A stretch of DNA of 62,480 nucleotides from Vicinamibacterales bacterium (GTDB lineage: Bacteria > Acidobacteriota > Vicinamibacteria > Vicinamibacterales > UBA2999): assembly GCA_050742335.1 (NCBI GenBank), contig JBOGIR010000122.1, positions 1 through 62,480 of the forward strand. The letters are read 5' to 3'. Numbering within the stretch: the stretch's first letter is position 1; each line of letters starts with the position of its first letter. The notes under the pieces were generated by a model. That model saw only the letters and a list, made by a program, of their open reading frames with translations, was not told the origin of the DNA and searched no databases. Both the position numbers and the translations under genes were made by a program. Positions 24,829-33,281 of the stretch are shown here, one piece after another.

Positions 24829-25848
24829 GTGATGATGGACCGGAGAAAGTTCGTCGCTGCTGCCGCGGCTGGGCTCGGTGCTCAGCTGGTTCACCCGTCC
24901 CGTGGCGCCCTCGCGCACACCACGACACAAGCCCCGATCGCAACGCCGCGCCTTCCGCCCGATGCGGGTCTGTTCCCAGGCTTCGAAGCCCGATGGGTTC
25001 GTACCCAGGGCGCCGACATTTTTCTGAGGCATGGTGGTGAAGGCCCGCCACTCCTCCTGCTGCACGGCAATCCCCTCACGCACGCCTCCTGGCACAAGGT
25101 GGCCGGGGTCCTGGCCAGGCGATTCCACGTGGTGGCGGCCGATCTTCGGGGTTACGGCGACAGCGTCGGCCCGGCCGACGGAGGCGTCAATCACGTCAAC
25201 TACTCGTTTCGCACCATGGCGCAGGATCAGGTCGACGTCATGACCGCACTCGGATTCGACCGGTTCTTTCTGGCTGGTCATGACCGGGGCGCGAGGACGG
25301 CGCATCGTCTGGCGCTCGATCACCCGGATCGCGTGCGAAAAGTGGCGCTGCTGGACATCGTCCCCACCCGCTACGTGTGGGCGCATACGTCGCGCGAGTG
25401 GGCGCTCGGGTCCTGGCACTGGTCCTTCATGGCGCAGCCCGACGAGCTGTTCGAGCGCATGATGGCGGCGGTTCCCGCGCGCGAGTACGTGCTGCGCCAC
25501 CTGAGCCGCACTGGCAAACCGGCGTTTTTCGACGATCGCGCGCTCGCCGAGTACGTCCGCTGCTTCACGTCGAAGACGATCCACGGCTCCTGCGAGGACT
25601 ACCGTGCCGCGGCAAGCATCGACCTCGAGCACGACGACGCCGATCACCAGGCCGGGCGTAAGATTGCCGCGCCGGCTCTCGTGATGTGGGGACGCCGCAG
25701 CGCCGTCGGACAGTTGTACGGCGACGTGCTGGCGATCTGGCGCGAGGTGGCGAGTGACGTGACCGGCGGCGCCGTCGAGAGTGGCCACTATCCTGCGGAG
25801 GAAGCCCCGCAGGCCGTCATGGAGGCGTTCGAGCGCTTTTTCGCGTAG
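24829..25848 (+). CDS. alpha/beta hydrolase, haloacetate-dehalogenase/epoxide-hydrolase-like, Tat-signal
   Basis: Twin-arginine leader 'MDRRKFVAAAAAGLGA'. Shows 'LLLHGNPLTH' and an Asp-nucleophile elbow 'AGHDRGARTAHRLALDHPDRV'. Confidence 0.8.
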   Translation: MMMDRRKFVAAAAAGLGAQLVHPSRGALAHTTTQAPIATPRLPPDAGLFPGFEARWVRTQGADIFLRHGGEGPPLLLLHGNPLTHASWHKVAGVLARRFHVVAADLRGYGDSVGPADGGVNHVNYSFRTMAQDQVDVMTALGFDRFFLAGHDRGARTAHRLALDHPDRVRKVALLDIVPTRYVWAHTSREWALGSWHWSFMAQPDELFERMMAAVPAREYVLRHLSRTGKPAFFDDRALAEYVRCFTSKTIHGSCEDYRAAASIDLEHDDADHQAGRKIAAPALVMWGRRSAVGQLYGDVLAIWREVASDVTGGAVESGHYPAEEAPQAVMEAFERFFA

Positions 25849-25981
25849 GCGTGCAACCTCTGCTTTGACACAAAGCATTGAAGTCGCCTCGGCGAAGCTC
25901 GACAGTTTGCCTACTCAAGCCGGAAACCGTGAATAGACACGCCTCCTCTCGACCGGTACATCCATTGCTCGGTTCCATGGC

Positions 25982-27028
25982 GTGCTGGCCGAGCTCAAGA
26001 GCGCCGCGTTCCTGGTGTCCCGCCAGGCCGGGCTGACGCGATGGATCGCCAATAGCCGCTGGCGCCGCACACGGCTGCTCGTGCTCTGCTATCACGGCGT
26101 CTCGCTCGTGGACGAGCACGAATGGAATCCTGAGCTGTACATCTCACGCGCGACGCTGGCGCGTCGCTTCGCGCTGCTGCAGCGCGCGGGCTGCAGCATC
26201 CTGTCATTAGACGAGGCGGTCCGGTGTCTGTATGCCGGCAGGCTTCCGGACCGCGCCGTCACCATTACCTTCGACGATGGCTACTGCGATTTCACGGCCG
26301 GCGCCCTGCCGTTGCTGACTGCGTATGGCTGGCCGGCCACGGTGTATGTCACAACGCACCAGTGCGATCGCCGGCGGCCGGTGGTGCACCTGCTTGCCTC
26401 CTACGCGCTGTGGAAACATCGGCATCAAACGCTCGACGCACGCGGGATAGCCGGGCTCGATCGCATCTATCCGCTCGCCTCTTCTGCCGCACGCCAGAGA
26501 GCCGTTGCGGACATGCAGGCTCGGATGTCCAGTGACGGAATGAACCCCGACGACGAACGGTTGTTCGCACGCCAGGTGCTGGAACGCCTGGGCATTGAAG
26601 ATGGCGATCTTTCGACGATCCCTGTTCTGTGCCTCATGACCGCCGCGGACCTTGCCGATGTGGCACGGCGCGGCATCGCGATCGAGCTGCACACCCATCG
26701 CCATCGCGTGGCGGCAGACGGCGACGATCTCATGGAGGAAATCCGTGTCAACCGCGCGACCGTTCGCGCGGCGACCGGATGCACGCCACGCCACTTCTGT
26801 TATCCGAACGGCACGTACCGCGCGTCGCATCTCCCGGCGCTCGAACGCGAAGGCATCGAGAGCGCCACGACGTGCGATCCGGACCTCGCGTCGCCGGCAT
26901 CACACCGGCTGCTGCTGCCACGTCTTGTCGACAATGAGATGGGTACCGATCTCCGGTTCGAAGCGTGGGTCACCGGCCTGGCGACGTGGCTGCCCCGCCG
27001 CACGCGGAAGGCCGATGTCGTCGATTGA
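25982..27028 (+). CDS. polysaccharide deacetylase (NodB-homology) family protein
   Basis: Shows 'LCYHGVS' and 'VTITFDDGYCDF' (NodB motif 1), and later 'ELHTHRH'. GTG start. Confidence 0.75.
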   Translation: MLAELKSAAFLVSRQAGLTRWIANSRWRRTRLLVLCYHGVSLVDEHEWNPELYISRATLARRFALLQRAGCSILSLDEAVRCLYAGRLPDRAVTITFDDGYCDFTAGALPLLTAYGWPATVYVTTHQCDRRRPVVHLLASYALWKHRHQTLDARGIAGLDRIYPLASSAARQRAVADMQARMSSDGMNPDDERLFARQVLERLGIEDGDLSTIPVLCLMTAADLADVARRGIAIELHTHRHRVAADGDDLMEEIRVNRATVRAATGCTPRHFCYPNGTYRASHLPALEREGIESATTCDPDLASPASHRLLLPRLVDNEMGTDLRFEAWVTGLATWLPRRTRKADVVD

Positions 27029-27983
27029 AGCGATTCGCCCGGTTCTTGCCGGCTGGCTCGACTGCGATGCTGCGCACGCGACGCGGCTCGCGATCGAGTC
27101 GACTGGTGTCTCACCGGACGAGGCCCGTTCGTGGCTGCGGTCGGTCACCGAAGAGCCCTCCTCGAGCGCGCGCATCCTCTGTCTCGTGTCCGCCGCCCGT
27201 CGCCGCGGTGCGATTCCTGAAGGCAGCGTGGCTATCGAGCGATGGCTGCTGGTGCGGCAAGGGCTGGATGCGATCGACTCAGAGGCGATGGCCACGCTCG
27301 GCGATCACGCTCGCCGGCTGACCTCTCAGGAGATCGCCACGCTTGTCGAGGATGACCCCTGGCTGCAGACAGGACTCGTCGCCTCGAACGTGCGGTTCCG
27401 TGAGTTCGCGAAGATCGTAACGGGGCGGCGCTTCTGCGCCGGGCTGTTTCATTGGGAGGAGTGCGGCGTTCGCCGGTCGTGGCTGTTCAGGGTGCCGCCG
27501 CGCGATTGGATGAGCCTCGGAACTACGCTCCTGCACATGGGAGGGCTCGGTCCCATGATGTTTCCGCACCTGAATCCACGCCGGCGCTCGCCGCATCTCC
27601 AGGAGCCGGACATCAACCAATCGCTGGCGGTACTCGCCGAATCGCTGGATCGGCGGCCCGATCTGCGCGGCATGGCCGCCGCGTCATGGCTCCGGTCGCC
27701 AGACACGCACCGCGTTTCGCCGAAGCTCGCCGCGGTGAACGCGCCGATTCTTGCCGGTGGCGGGTTCGTCACCACCGTCGGCGCAGCTCCAGACGACTGC
27801 GGTGTCTTGGCGAACAGCCAACGCCGGAGCCTTCTCTATCAGGAGGGTAAGTTCAAGCCGACGATCGGCCTCGTGCTCTGGCCGCGCGATGCGATGCTCC
27901 GCTGGTGGCGCGCGCACCCCACGCTCGCGAGCGGGTCGTGGCTCAGCGGTCCAGCCGCATACGGCGAAGGAGATCTCAATTAG
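27015..27983 (+). CDS. hypothetical protein (322 aa), translationally coupled to the deacetylase
   Basis: The ATG at 27015 overlaps the deacetylase 3' end by 14 nt. GC-rich third codon positions. No family recognised. The track ORF 26652.. is an out-of-frame 5' extension. Confidence 0.6.
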   Translation: MSSIEAIRPVLAGWLDCDAAHATRLAIESTGVSPDEARSWLRSVTEEPSSSARILCLVSAARRRGAIPEGSVAIERWLLVRQGLDAIDSEAMATLGDHARRLTSQEIATLVEDDPWLQTGLVASNVRFREFAKIVTGRRFCAGLFHWEECGVRRSWLFRVPPRDWMSLGTTLLHMGGLGPMMFPHLNPRRRSPHLQEPDINQSLAVLAESLDRRPDLRGMAAASWLRSPDTHRVSPKLAAVNAPILAGGGFVTTVGAAPDDCGVLANSQRRSLLYQEGKFKPTIGLVLWPRDAMLRWWRAHPTLASGSWLSGPAAYGEGDLN

Positions 27984-28004
27984 ATCGGCAGCACACCGAC
28001 ACGA

Positions 28005-28107
28005 CAAGACCACGAAACACACGAAGGTCGCGAAGACCACGAGTAATAAAACCAAGCTAAATGTGGTGATCTTCCTGATCTTCGTGGCCTTCGTGGTTCG
28101 CGTGGCG
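28005..28107. repeat. hairpin element built from ACGAAGG-type tandem units
   Basis: Left arm ACCACGAAACACACGAAGGTCGCGAAGACCACGAG. AT-rich loop (taataaaaccaagctaaatg). Right arm GATCTTCGTGGCCTTCGTGGTTCGCGTGG. Confidence 0.8.
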
Positions 28108-28149
28108 ACGGGACGCGCTACACTGTCGCCGTTGACCGGGAGGGGTGCC

Positions 28150-29052
28150 ATGACGATGAGAGCCGGGACAGTTGTCGCGTCTGCGCTGTTGCTCGCAACG
28201 CCCTCGTGGGCCCAGGACCTCGGGCCGCACTTCCGCAAAATCGCAGACGGCATCTACGTGCAGACCGCGCGCGAGGTCAATTCCAACGTCGGGATCATTC
28301 TCACGAGCGACGGCGTGGTGCTCATCGACAGTGGCCAGACGCCGATCGATACGCGTGAAGTGGCGGAGGTCGTGAAGAAGCTCACGCCGCTGCCGGTCAA
28401 GTACATCATCGATACCGAGGTACATCCCGACCACACCACCGGCCACTTCGTGTTCTCGCCTCCTGCGATCGTCGTCAACCACCAGGGCGCCGGCGACGCC
28501 ATGCGGAAAGCGGAGAACCCGAACCGGTCGCAGACGCTTGCCGCGCAGTCTCCCGAGATGGCGCAGGCCTCACAGGGTTACCGGCTCGTCGTGCCCCACA
28601 TCGAGTACCAGCAGAAGATGACGTTGCGCGTGGGGGAGCGAACCCTCGAGCTCATGCACCTGAAGAACGCCCACAGCGAAGCGGATACCGCCGTGTGGCT
28701 GCCTGCTGAACGCGTCCTGTTCGCCTCGTCGGTCGCGATTCCAAACAGCCTCAACAACGTGCGGGCCTTCGTCACGATTCCCGAGATGCTGGCTGCGACG
28801 CGCATGCTGCGATCGTTGAACCCGGCCGCCGTCATCCCGGGACACGGCTCGTTCGGGACAACCGCGATCTTCGATGCGAGTGAGAAGTACTACACGCTCC
28901 TGGTGGAGCGCGTGCGCGCGATGGTCATGCAGGGACGAACGCGCGACGAGATTACCAAGGAGCTCAAGATGCCGGAATCGGCGAGCTGGGCCTACCAGGA
29001 CCGGTGGCCGAGCAACGTGGATGCGGCGTATCGCGCCGCGACACAGAAGTAG
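28150..29052 (+). CDS. MBL-fold metallo-hydrolase, secreted
   Basis: Signal peptide 'MTMRAGTVVASALLLATPSWAQ'. Shows 'VVLIDSGQTP' and a metal motif that reads 'TEVHPDHTTG' (E-x-H-x-D-H). Confidence 0.8.
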   Translation: MTMRAGTVVASALLLATPSWAQDLGPHFRKIADGIYVQTAREVNSNVGIILTSDGVVLIDSGQTPIDTREVAEVVKKLTPLPVKYIIDTEVHPDHTTGHFVFSPPAIVVNHQGAGDAMRKAENPNRSQTLAAQSPEMAQASQGYRLVVPHIEYQQKMTLRVGERTLELMHLKNAHSEADTAVWLPAERVLFASSVAIPNSLNNVRAFVTIPEMLAATRMLRSLNPAAVIPGHGSFGTTAIFDASEKYYTLLVERVRAMVMQGRTRDEITKELKMPESASWAYQDRWPSNVDAAYRAATQK

Positions 29053-29142
29053 GAATCGTAGTGACGTTGATCGTGACCGGCTGTTCCATAAAACAGTGGT
29101 TCGGTCCTACAATGCGCCGAAGCCGTCGGCGCAGGAACAGAG

Positions 29143-30048
29143 ATGGGAGTTCCGACAATGCCACATCCTGGTTGGGTTGTAATGGCCGTCCTTTTCGTTG
29201 CAACGCTGGGCCTCCCCGCTGAGACACTCGCCCAGGCGAATGCTTCGGGTGGCTGGTTGGTTCCGGAGTGGAACAAACCGCCGGTCACGGATGCGAACAG
29301 GAAGCCGGCGCCGCGGCGCAGCCTGGCCGGCACGTGGGGGCCGGCAGCGGGAGCGGGCGCAGGGACCCAGGCAAGTGGTGTGCAGTTGAAGCCGAACAAC
29401 GGCAGGCCGGAAAATCAACTTCCGTATACTCCCTACGGCCTGGAGCTGTACAAGTCCCACAAGGCGCTCGAGGGGATCGACGCGGTGCTGCCTTCCCAGG
29501 ACAACGATCCCAGAAATCGCTGCGAGCCGTTGGGAATGCCGCGCTACAACCACTACAACGTCAGGCTCACGCAGTTCTTTCAAGACGAGCACAAGATTGT
29601 GATCCTGTATCACTACGACAACCGCTGGCGCGTCATCTGGACCGACGGTCGCCAGCTTCCCACCTTGGTGGATGGCGGCGTCGCCATCGCCGGTGAAATC
29701 CGGGAGCCGCGGTTCTTCGGCTACTCGGTGGGCCGGTGGATAGACGACTACACGTTCCAGGTCCAGACGGTAGGCGCGATGCCGGAAGACCGCGTGTGGC
29801 TCGATTCGACGGGCCGGCCCATCAGCGACCAGGTCCGCGTCACCGAGACATTTCAGCGCGTGGACTATGACACGCTGGTGTGGTCGGAAACGATCGACGA
29901 TCCGAAGGTGTATGCCAGGCCGTGGGAGACCTTGAAACTCCCGATGCGCTTGCACGATCCCCGTACCGACATCCAGGAGTACTACTGCTCACCGGCCGAG
30001 CAGGAGAACTACAACAAGCTGTTCGGCAACACGGCGAGCGGCAAGTAG
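29143..30048 (+). CDS. secreted protein, uncharacterised paralog family (divergent copy B1)
   Basis: Shows 'LPYTPYG', 'RCEPLGMPR', 'WTDGRQL', 'FFGYSVGRWIDDYTFQVQTVG', 'RVWLDSTGRPISDQVRVTETFQR' and 'DDPKVYARPWE'. Confidence 0.8.
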   Translation: MGVPTMPHPGWVVMAVLFVATLGLPAETLAQANASGGWLVPEWNKPPVTDANRKPAPRRSLAGTWGPAAGAGAGTQASGVQLKPNNGRPENQLPYTPYGLELYKSHKALEGIDAVLPSQDNDPRNRCEPLGMPRYNHYNVRLTQFFQDEHKIVILYHYDNRWRVIWTDGRQLPTLVDGGVAIAGEIREPRFFGYSVGRWIDDYTFQVQTVGAMPEDRVWLDSTGRPISDQVRVTETFQRVDYDTLVWSETIDDPKVYARPWETLKLPMRLHDPRTDIQEYYCSPAEQENYNKLFGNTASGK

Positions 30049-30057
30049 GCTATATAG

Positions 30058-30122
30058 AGTCTTTGGTCTTTGGTCTCTGGTCTTTGGGCGCGACTAAAGA
30101 CCAAAGACTAAAGACTAGAGAG
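30058..30122. repeat. hairpin element built from GGTCTTT/CAAAGAC 7-mers
   Basis: AGTCTTTGGTCTTTGGTCTCTGGTCTTTGG-gcgcga-CTAAAGACCAAAGACTAAAGACTAGAG. Lies between B1 and the DUF6152-like gene. Confidence 0.85.
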
Positions 30123-30147
30123 AGGCACTTCCAGGAAAGAGGGCGCC

Positions 30148-30552
30148 ATGAGAAATCGGCCGGTCGTCGTGTTGGCTCTCGCCGTCGGGCTGCTGATGCC
30201 ATGGCCCCTGCTCGCGCACCACGGCAGCGCGGCGTTTGACACCGGGAAAAAGGTGACGCTGAAAGGGACTGTGAAGGAATGGGTGTACTCCAATCCCCAC
30301 TGTCTGCTGAGACTGGACGTCACAGGCGAGGACGGCCAGGTGGTGCCGTGGGTTGCGGAGGGTCAGGCTCCGAATGTCATCTTTCCCGCCGGCTACCGCA
30401 AGGATTCGTTCAAGGCTGGAGACCAAGTGACAGTCATTGTGGAGCCCGTCAAGAATGGTCGGCCCTTGGGGCGCATCCTCCAGTCCGTGCTCGCCGATGG
30501 CAAAGTCCTGGGCGTTGCGTCATCTGCCGGGACAGCACCACCGCAGCCATAA
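30148..30552 (+). CDS. small secreted protein, DUF6152-like, mature N-terminus His-His
   Basis: The signal peptide ends '...PWPLLA|HHGSAAFD'. Shows 'VTLKGTVKEWVYSNPHCLLRLDV'. A paralog sits at 58161. Confidence 0.8.
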   Translation: MRNRPVVVLALAVGLLMPWPLLAHHGSAAFDTGKKVTLKGTVKEWVYSNPHCLLRLDVTGEDGQVVPWVAEGQAPNVIFPAGYRKDSFKAGDQVTVIVEPVKNGRPLGRILQSVLADGKVLGVASSAGTAPPQP

Positions 30553-30591
30553 TTCGGGGCCCGCAAGCGGCAAGAGGCCAGCGAGGGATTC

Positions 30592-31446
30592 ATGAAGAAG
30601 GTGCCGTACCTGTTCGCCGCGCTGCTGGCGCTGGCGCTCGCGCCTGCAGCGGAGTCGCAGCAGGTCGGCGGCGCCGCGCCCGGGCCCGCGGCCGGCGAGG
30701 TGCCGTTCATCTTTCTGCCCAGTCCGACGATCCCCGACGCAGACGCCGCGCGTCAGCCGATTCCGCGGCTGCCCGATGGCACCGTGGATCTCACCGGCCC
30801 CTGGGTGGGCGGCGGCTCCAACGTCGACATCGAGCTCGAGGGTGGATTGAAGCCTGGAGATCTGCCACTCCTCCCCTGGGCGAGCGAGGTCAGGGCCAGG
30901 CGAAACAAGGCAGAGGAACCCTACACGGCGTGCCTGCCGATGGGGGTCCCGCGTGTCAACCCGTACCCGTGGAAATTCGCGATGTCCTACACCGCGAAGG
31001 GACTGTCGCATATCTACGTGCTGCACGAGACCGGCGACGCGGGCGCGCATCGCGTCGTCTACATGGACGGCCGCACGCATCCTGCGGACCCGATCCCGAC
31101 GTGGTGGGGGCACTCGATCGGCCGGTGGGACGACGACACGCTCGTCGTCGACACCGTGGGCTACAACGACAAGTTCTGGTTCGACAGCCGCGGCACGCCG
31201 CACACCGAGCAACTGCACACGGTGGAGCGGTATACGCGCATCAACTGGGGACGACTGCGCCACGTGTTCCGCCTGGACGACCCGGGCGCGTTCTCGAGAC
31301 CGGTGACGTTGAACTTCGTGGCGCGGCTGCTGCGCCCGGACCTGAAGACGGGCGGCGGCGAGCTGATGGAGTTCATCTGCCTCGAGGACAATCAGTACGG
31401 CTCCGCGGCGGGGCTGAGGCCGGGCACCGGGACCAGCCTCAAGTAG
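30592..31446 (+). CDS. secreted protein, uncharacterised paralog family (copy B2)
   Basis: Shows 'LPDGTVDLTGPW', 'ACLPMGVPR', 'YMDGRTH', 'WWGHSIGRWDDDTLVVDTVGYNDKFWFD' and 'PHTEQLHTVERYTR'. Lies 39 nt after the DUF6152-like gene. Confidence 0.85.
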   Translation: MKKVPYLFAALLALALAPAAESQQVGGAAPGPAAGEVPFIFLPSPTIPDADAARQPIPRLPDGTVDLTGPWVGGGSNVDIELEGGLKPGDLPLLPWASEVRARRNKAEEPYTACLPMGVPRVNPYPWKFAMSYTAKGLSHIYVLHETGDAGAHRVVYMDGRTHPADPIPTWWGHSIGRWDDDTLVVDTVGYNDKFWFDSRGTPHTEQLHTVERYTRINWGRLRHVFRLDDPGAFSRPVTLNFVARLLRPDLKTGGGELMEFICLEDNQYGSAAGLRPGTGTSLK

Positions 31447-31472
31447 AGAGGACCGCGTCGAGCGGGTTGACG

Positions 31473-31772
31473 ATGCCGATTCACGAATACGCATGCAAGG
31501 CGTGCGGCAGCCAGTTCGAGCATCTCTTGCTCCCGGCCGCGAAGACCGAGCCCGTCTGCCCGGCCTGCGGGAGCCGGGACCTCGAGAAGCTGATGTCCGG
31601 GTTCGCGTTGAGCACACGCGAACTGACGAAGGCGCGCGTCAAGGCGGCGCGGACACAGATGGCGCAGAGCAAGGACCACAAGGACAAGCAGGTCGCGGAA
31701 GCCGAGTACCACAAGCACCACATCGAGGACCACCTGCCACCCTCCGATACTCCGCCACGCCGAAGCAAATGA
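31473..31772 (+). CDS. FmdB-family zinc-ribbon protein
   Basis: 'MPIHEYACKACGSQFEHL....CPACGS' is the canonical FmdB/CxxC-x-CxxC N-terminus. Confidence 0.8.
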   Translation: MPIHEYACKACGSQFEHLLLPAAKTEPVCPACGSRDLEKLMSGFALSTRELTKARVKAARTQMAQSKDHKDKQVAEAEYHKHHIEDHLPPSDTPPRRSK

Positions 31773-33139
31773 CTTCCGGATCGTGGCGGATGGTCATCCT
31801 CGCCAGCCTGGGCGGCACGCTGGAGTACTTCGACTTCATGCTGTTCGCCATCTTCGCGCAGCAGATTGGCCAGGCGGTGTTCCCCAGCAGCGATCCGCTC
31901 GTGTCGCTCATGCTGGCCTTCACCACGTTCGCCGTGGGGTACCTGGCGAGGCCGATTGGCGGCGTGATCCTCGGCAACCTTGGCGACCGGTTCGGGCGGC
32001 GCGGCGTGTTCCTCGCCTCAATCTTCATCACCTCTGCCGCCACGCTCGGCATCGGGCTGGTGCCGGCCTACGCCTCGTGGGGCATCGCGGCCAGCATCAC
32101 GGTCGTGGCGCTGCGCATCATCCAGGGGTTCTGCCTGGGAGGAGAGCTGCCGGGCGCCGTGACCTACGTCGTCGAGTCGGCGCCCCGGTTGGCGCCCTTC
32201 GTCTGCAGCGTCGTCTATGCGTGTGTCACTGCCGGCGTGGCGATCGCCACGGGGATCGCGCTGGTCGTGGGCCGCGTGATGACTCCAGAGGAGGCGGTGC
32301 AGTACGGATGGCGCATCGCGTTCATCGCCGGCGGCGTCATGGGGCTGGCCGGCTACTGGCTGCGCCGTTCCTTTGAAGAGTCGGCCGAGTTCGCGGAGCT
32401 GAAGCGGCTCAAGGCGGTGTCGACGCACCCGTTTCGCGATCTCGTTCGCACGCACCCCTGGCAGATTGTGGCCGCCATGGCGGTGCAGTGCTCGACCGCA
32501 GGTTTCAACGGTCTGTTCTTCGCCCATATGCCGGCGTACCTGATCGGCGTGCTCCAGTACGACCAGCAGACGGCCGTGTTCGCGCAGACCTACGGCGTGG
32601 TGTTGCACGCGATGCTGATTCTCGCGGCCGGCTGGCTCGCCCTGCGTGTGGCGCCGCACCTGTTGCTGCGGGCCGGAGCGGTGATGCTGGCCGTCGGCGC
32701 CTACCCCTTCTACGCCGCACTGTCCAGCCGGCCGGCGGACCTCGTCCTGCTCATGACCGTGGCGGCAGCCGGAGGGGCGTTCGTGAATGCAACGTTCGCG
32801 TTCGTCACCGCCGACCTGTTTGCCACGCGCGTCAGGTTCAGCGGCATCGCGGTGGCGCAGAACATCACTCAATCGGCATTCGGCGGCACGACGCCACTCA
32901 TCGCCACCGCATTGATCGCGACGCTGGGAACGGCGGCGGCGCCTGCCGCGTATCTGATTGGGTGCGCCGTCATCACGTTTCTAGGCAGTCTCGCGGCCAC
33001 CCGGTTCAGCAGTCAGCTTCGCCGTGCCGGAGACGGGTCGCGCATGAGCGCCACGCCGGCAACGCCGGCAGATCTACGGAGCGGCGGAGTGGGTGCGTTG
33101 CGCCAGGCGCCGGCCCATATGCGGCAACCGGCGCCGTGA
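31769..33139 (+). CDS. MFS transporter, metabolite:H+ symporter (MHS) family
   Basis: The ATG overlaps the zinc-ribbon stop (ATGA). Shows 'LEYFDFMLFAIFA' and 'RPIGGVILGNLGDRFGRRGVF', MHS hallmarks. Confidence 0.85.
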   Translation: MTSGSWRMVILASLGGTLEYFDFMLFAIFAQQIGQAVFPSSDPLVSLMLAFTTFAVGYLARPIGGVILGNLGDRFGRRGVFLASIFITSAATLGIGLVPAYASWGIAASITVVALRIIQGFCLGGELPGAVTYVVESAPRLAPFVCSVVYACVTAGVAIATGIALVVGRVMTPEEAVQYGWRIAFIAGGVMGLAGYWLRRSFEESAEFAELKRLKAVSTHPFRDLVRTHPWQIVAAMAVQCSTAGFNGLFFAHMPAYLIGVLQYDQQTAVFAQTYGVVLHAMLILAAGWLALRVAPHLLLRAGAVMLAVGAYPFYAALSSRPADLVLLMTVAAAGGAFVNATFAFVTADLFATRVRFSGIAVAQNITQSAFGGTTPLIATALIATLGTAAAPAAYLIGCAVITFLGSLAATRFSSQLRRAGDGSRMSATPATPADLRSGGVGALRQAPAHMRQPAP

Positions 33140-33142
33140 TAC

Positions 33143-33222
33143 GGGCCACAGAGACACAGAGGCACAGAGAACATCTTGAAAAACTCTGTGTCTCTGCGTC
33201 TCTGTGGCGCCTTGGTCGCTTG
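33143..33222. repeat. CACAGAGG-type hairpin element (full copy)
   Basis: GGGCCACAGAGACACAGAGGCACAGAG-aacatcttgaaaaa-CTCTGTGTCTCTGCGTCTCTGTGGCGCC. Confidence 0.85.
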
Positions 33223-33281
33223 CACCGCAGGACGCATCGAGGATAATTCATCTGTCCCTTCACTAAGAAAGGAGCACTGCG

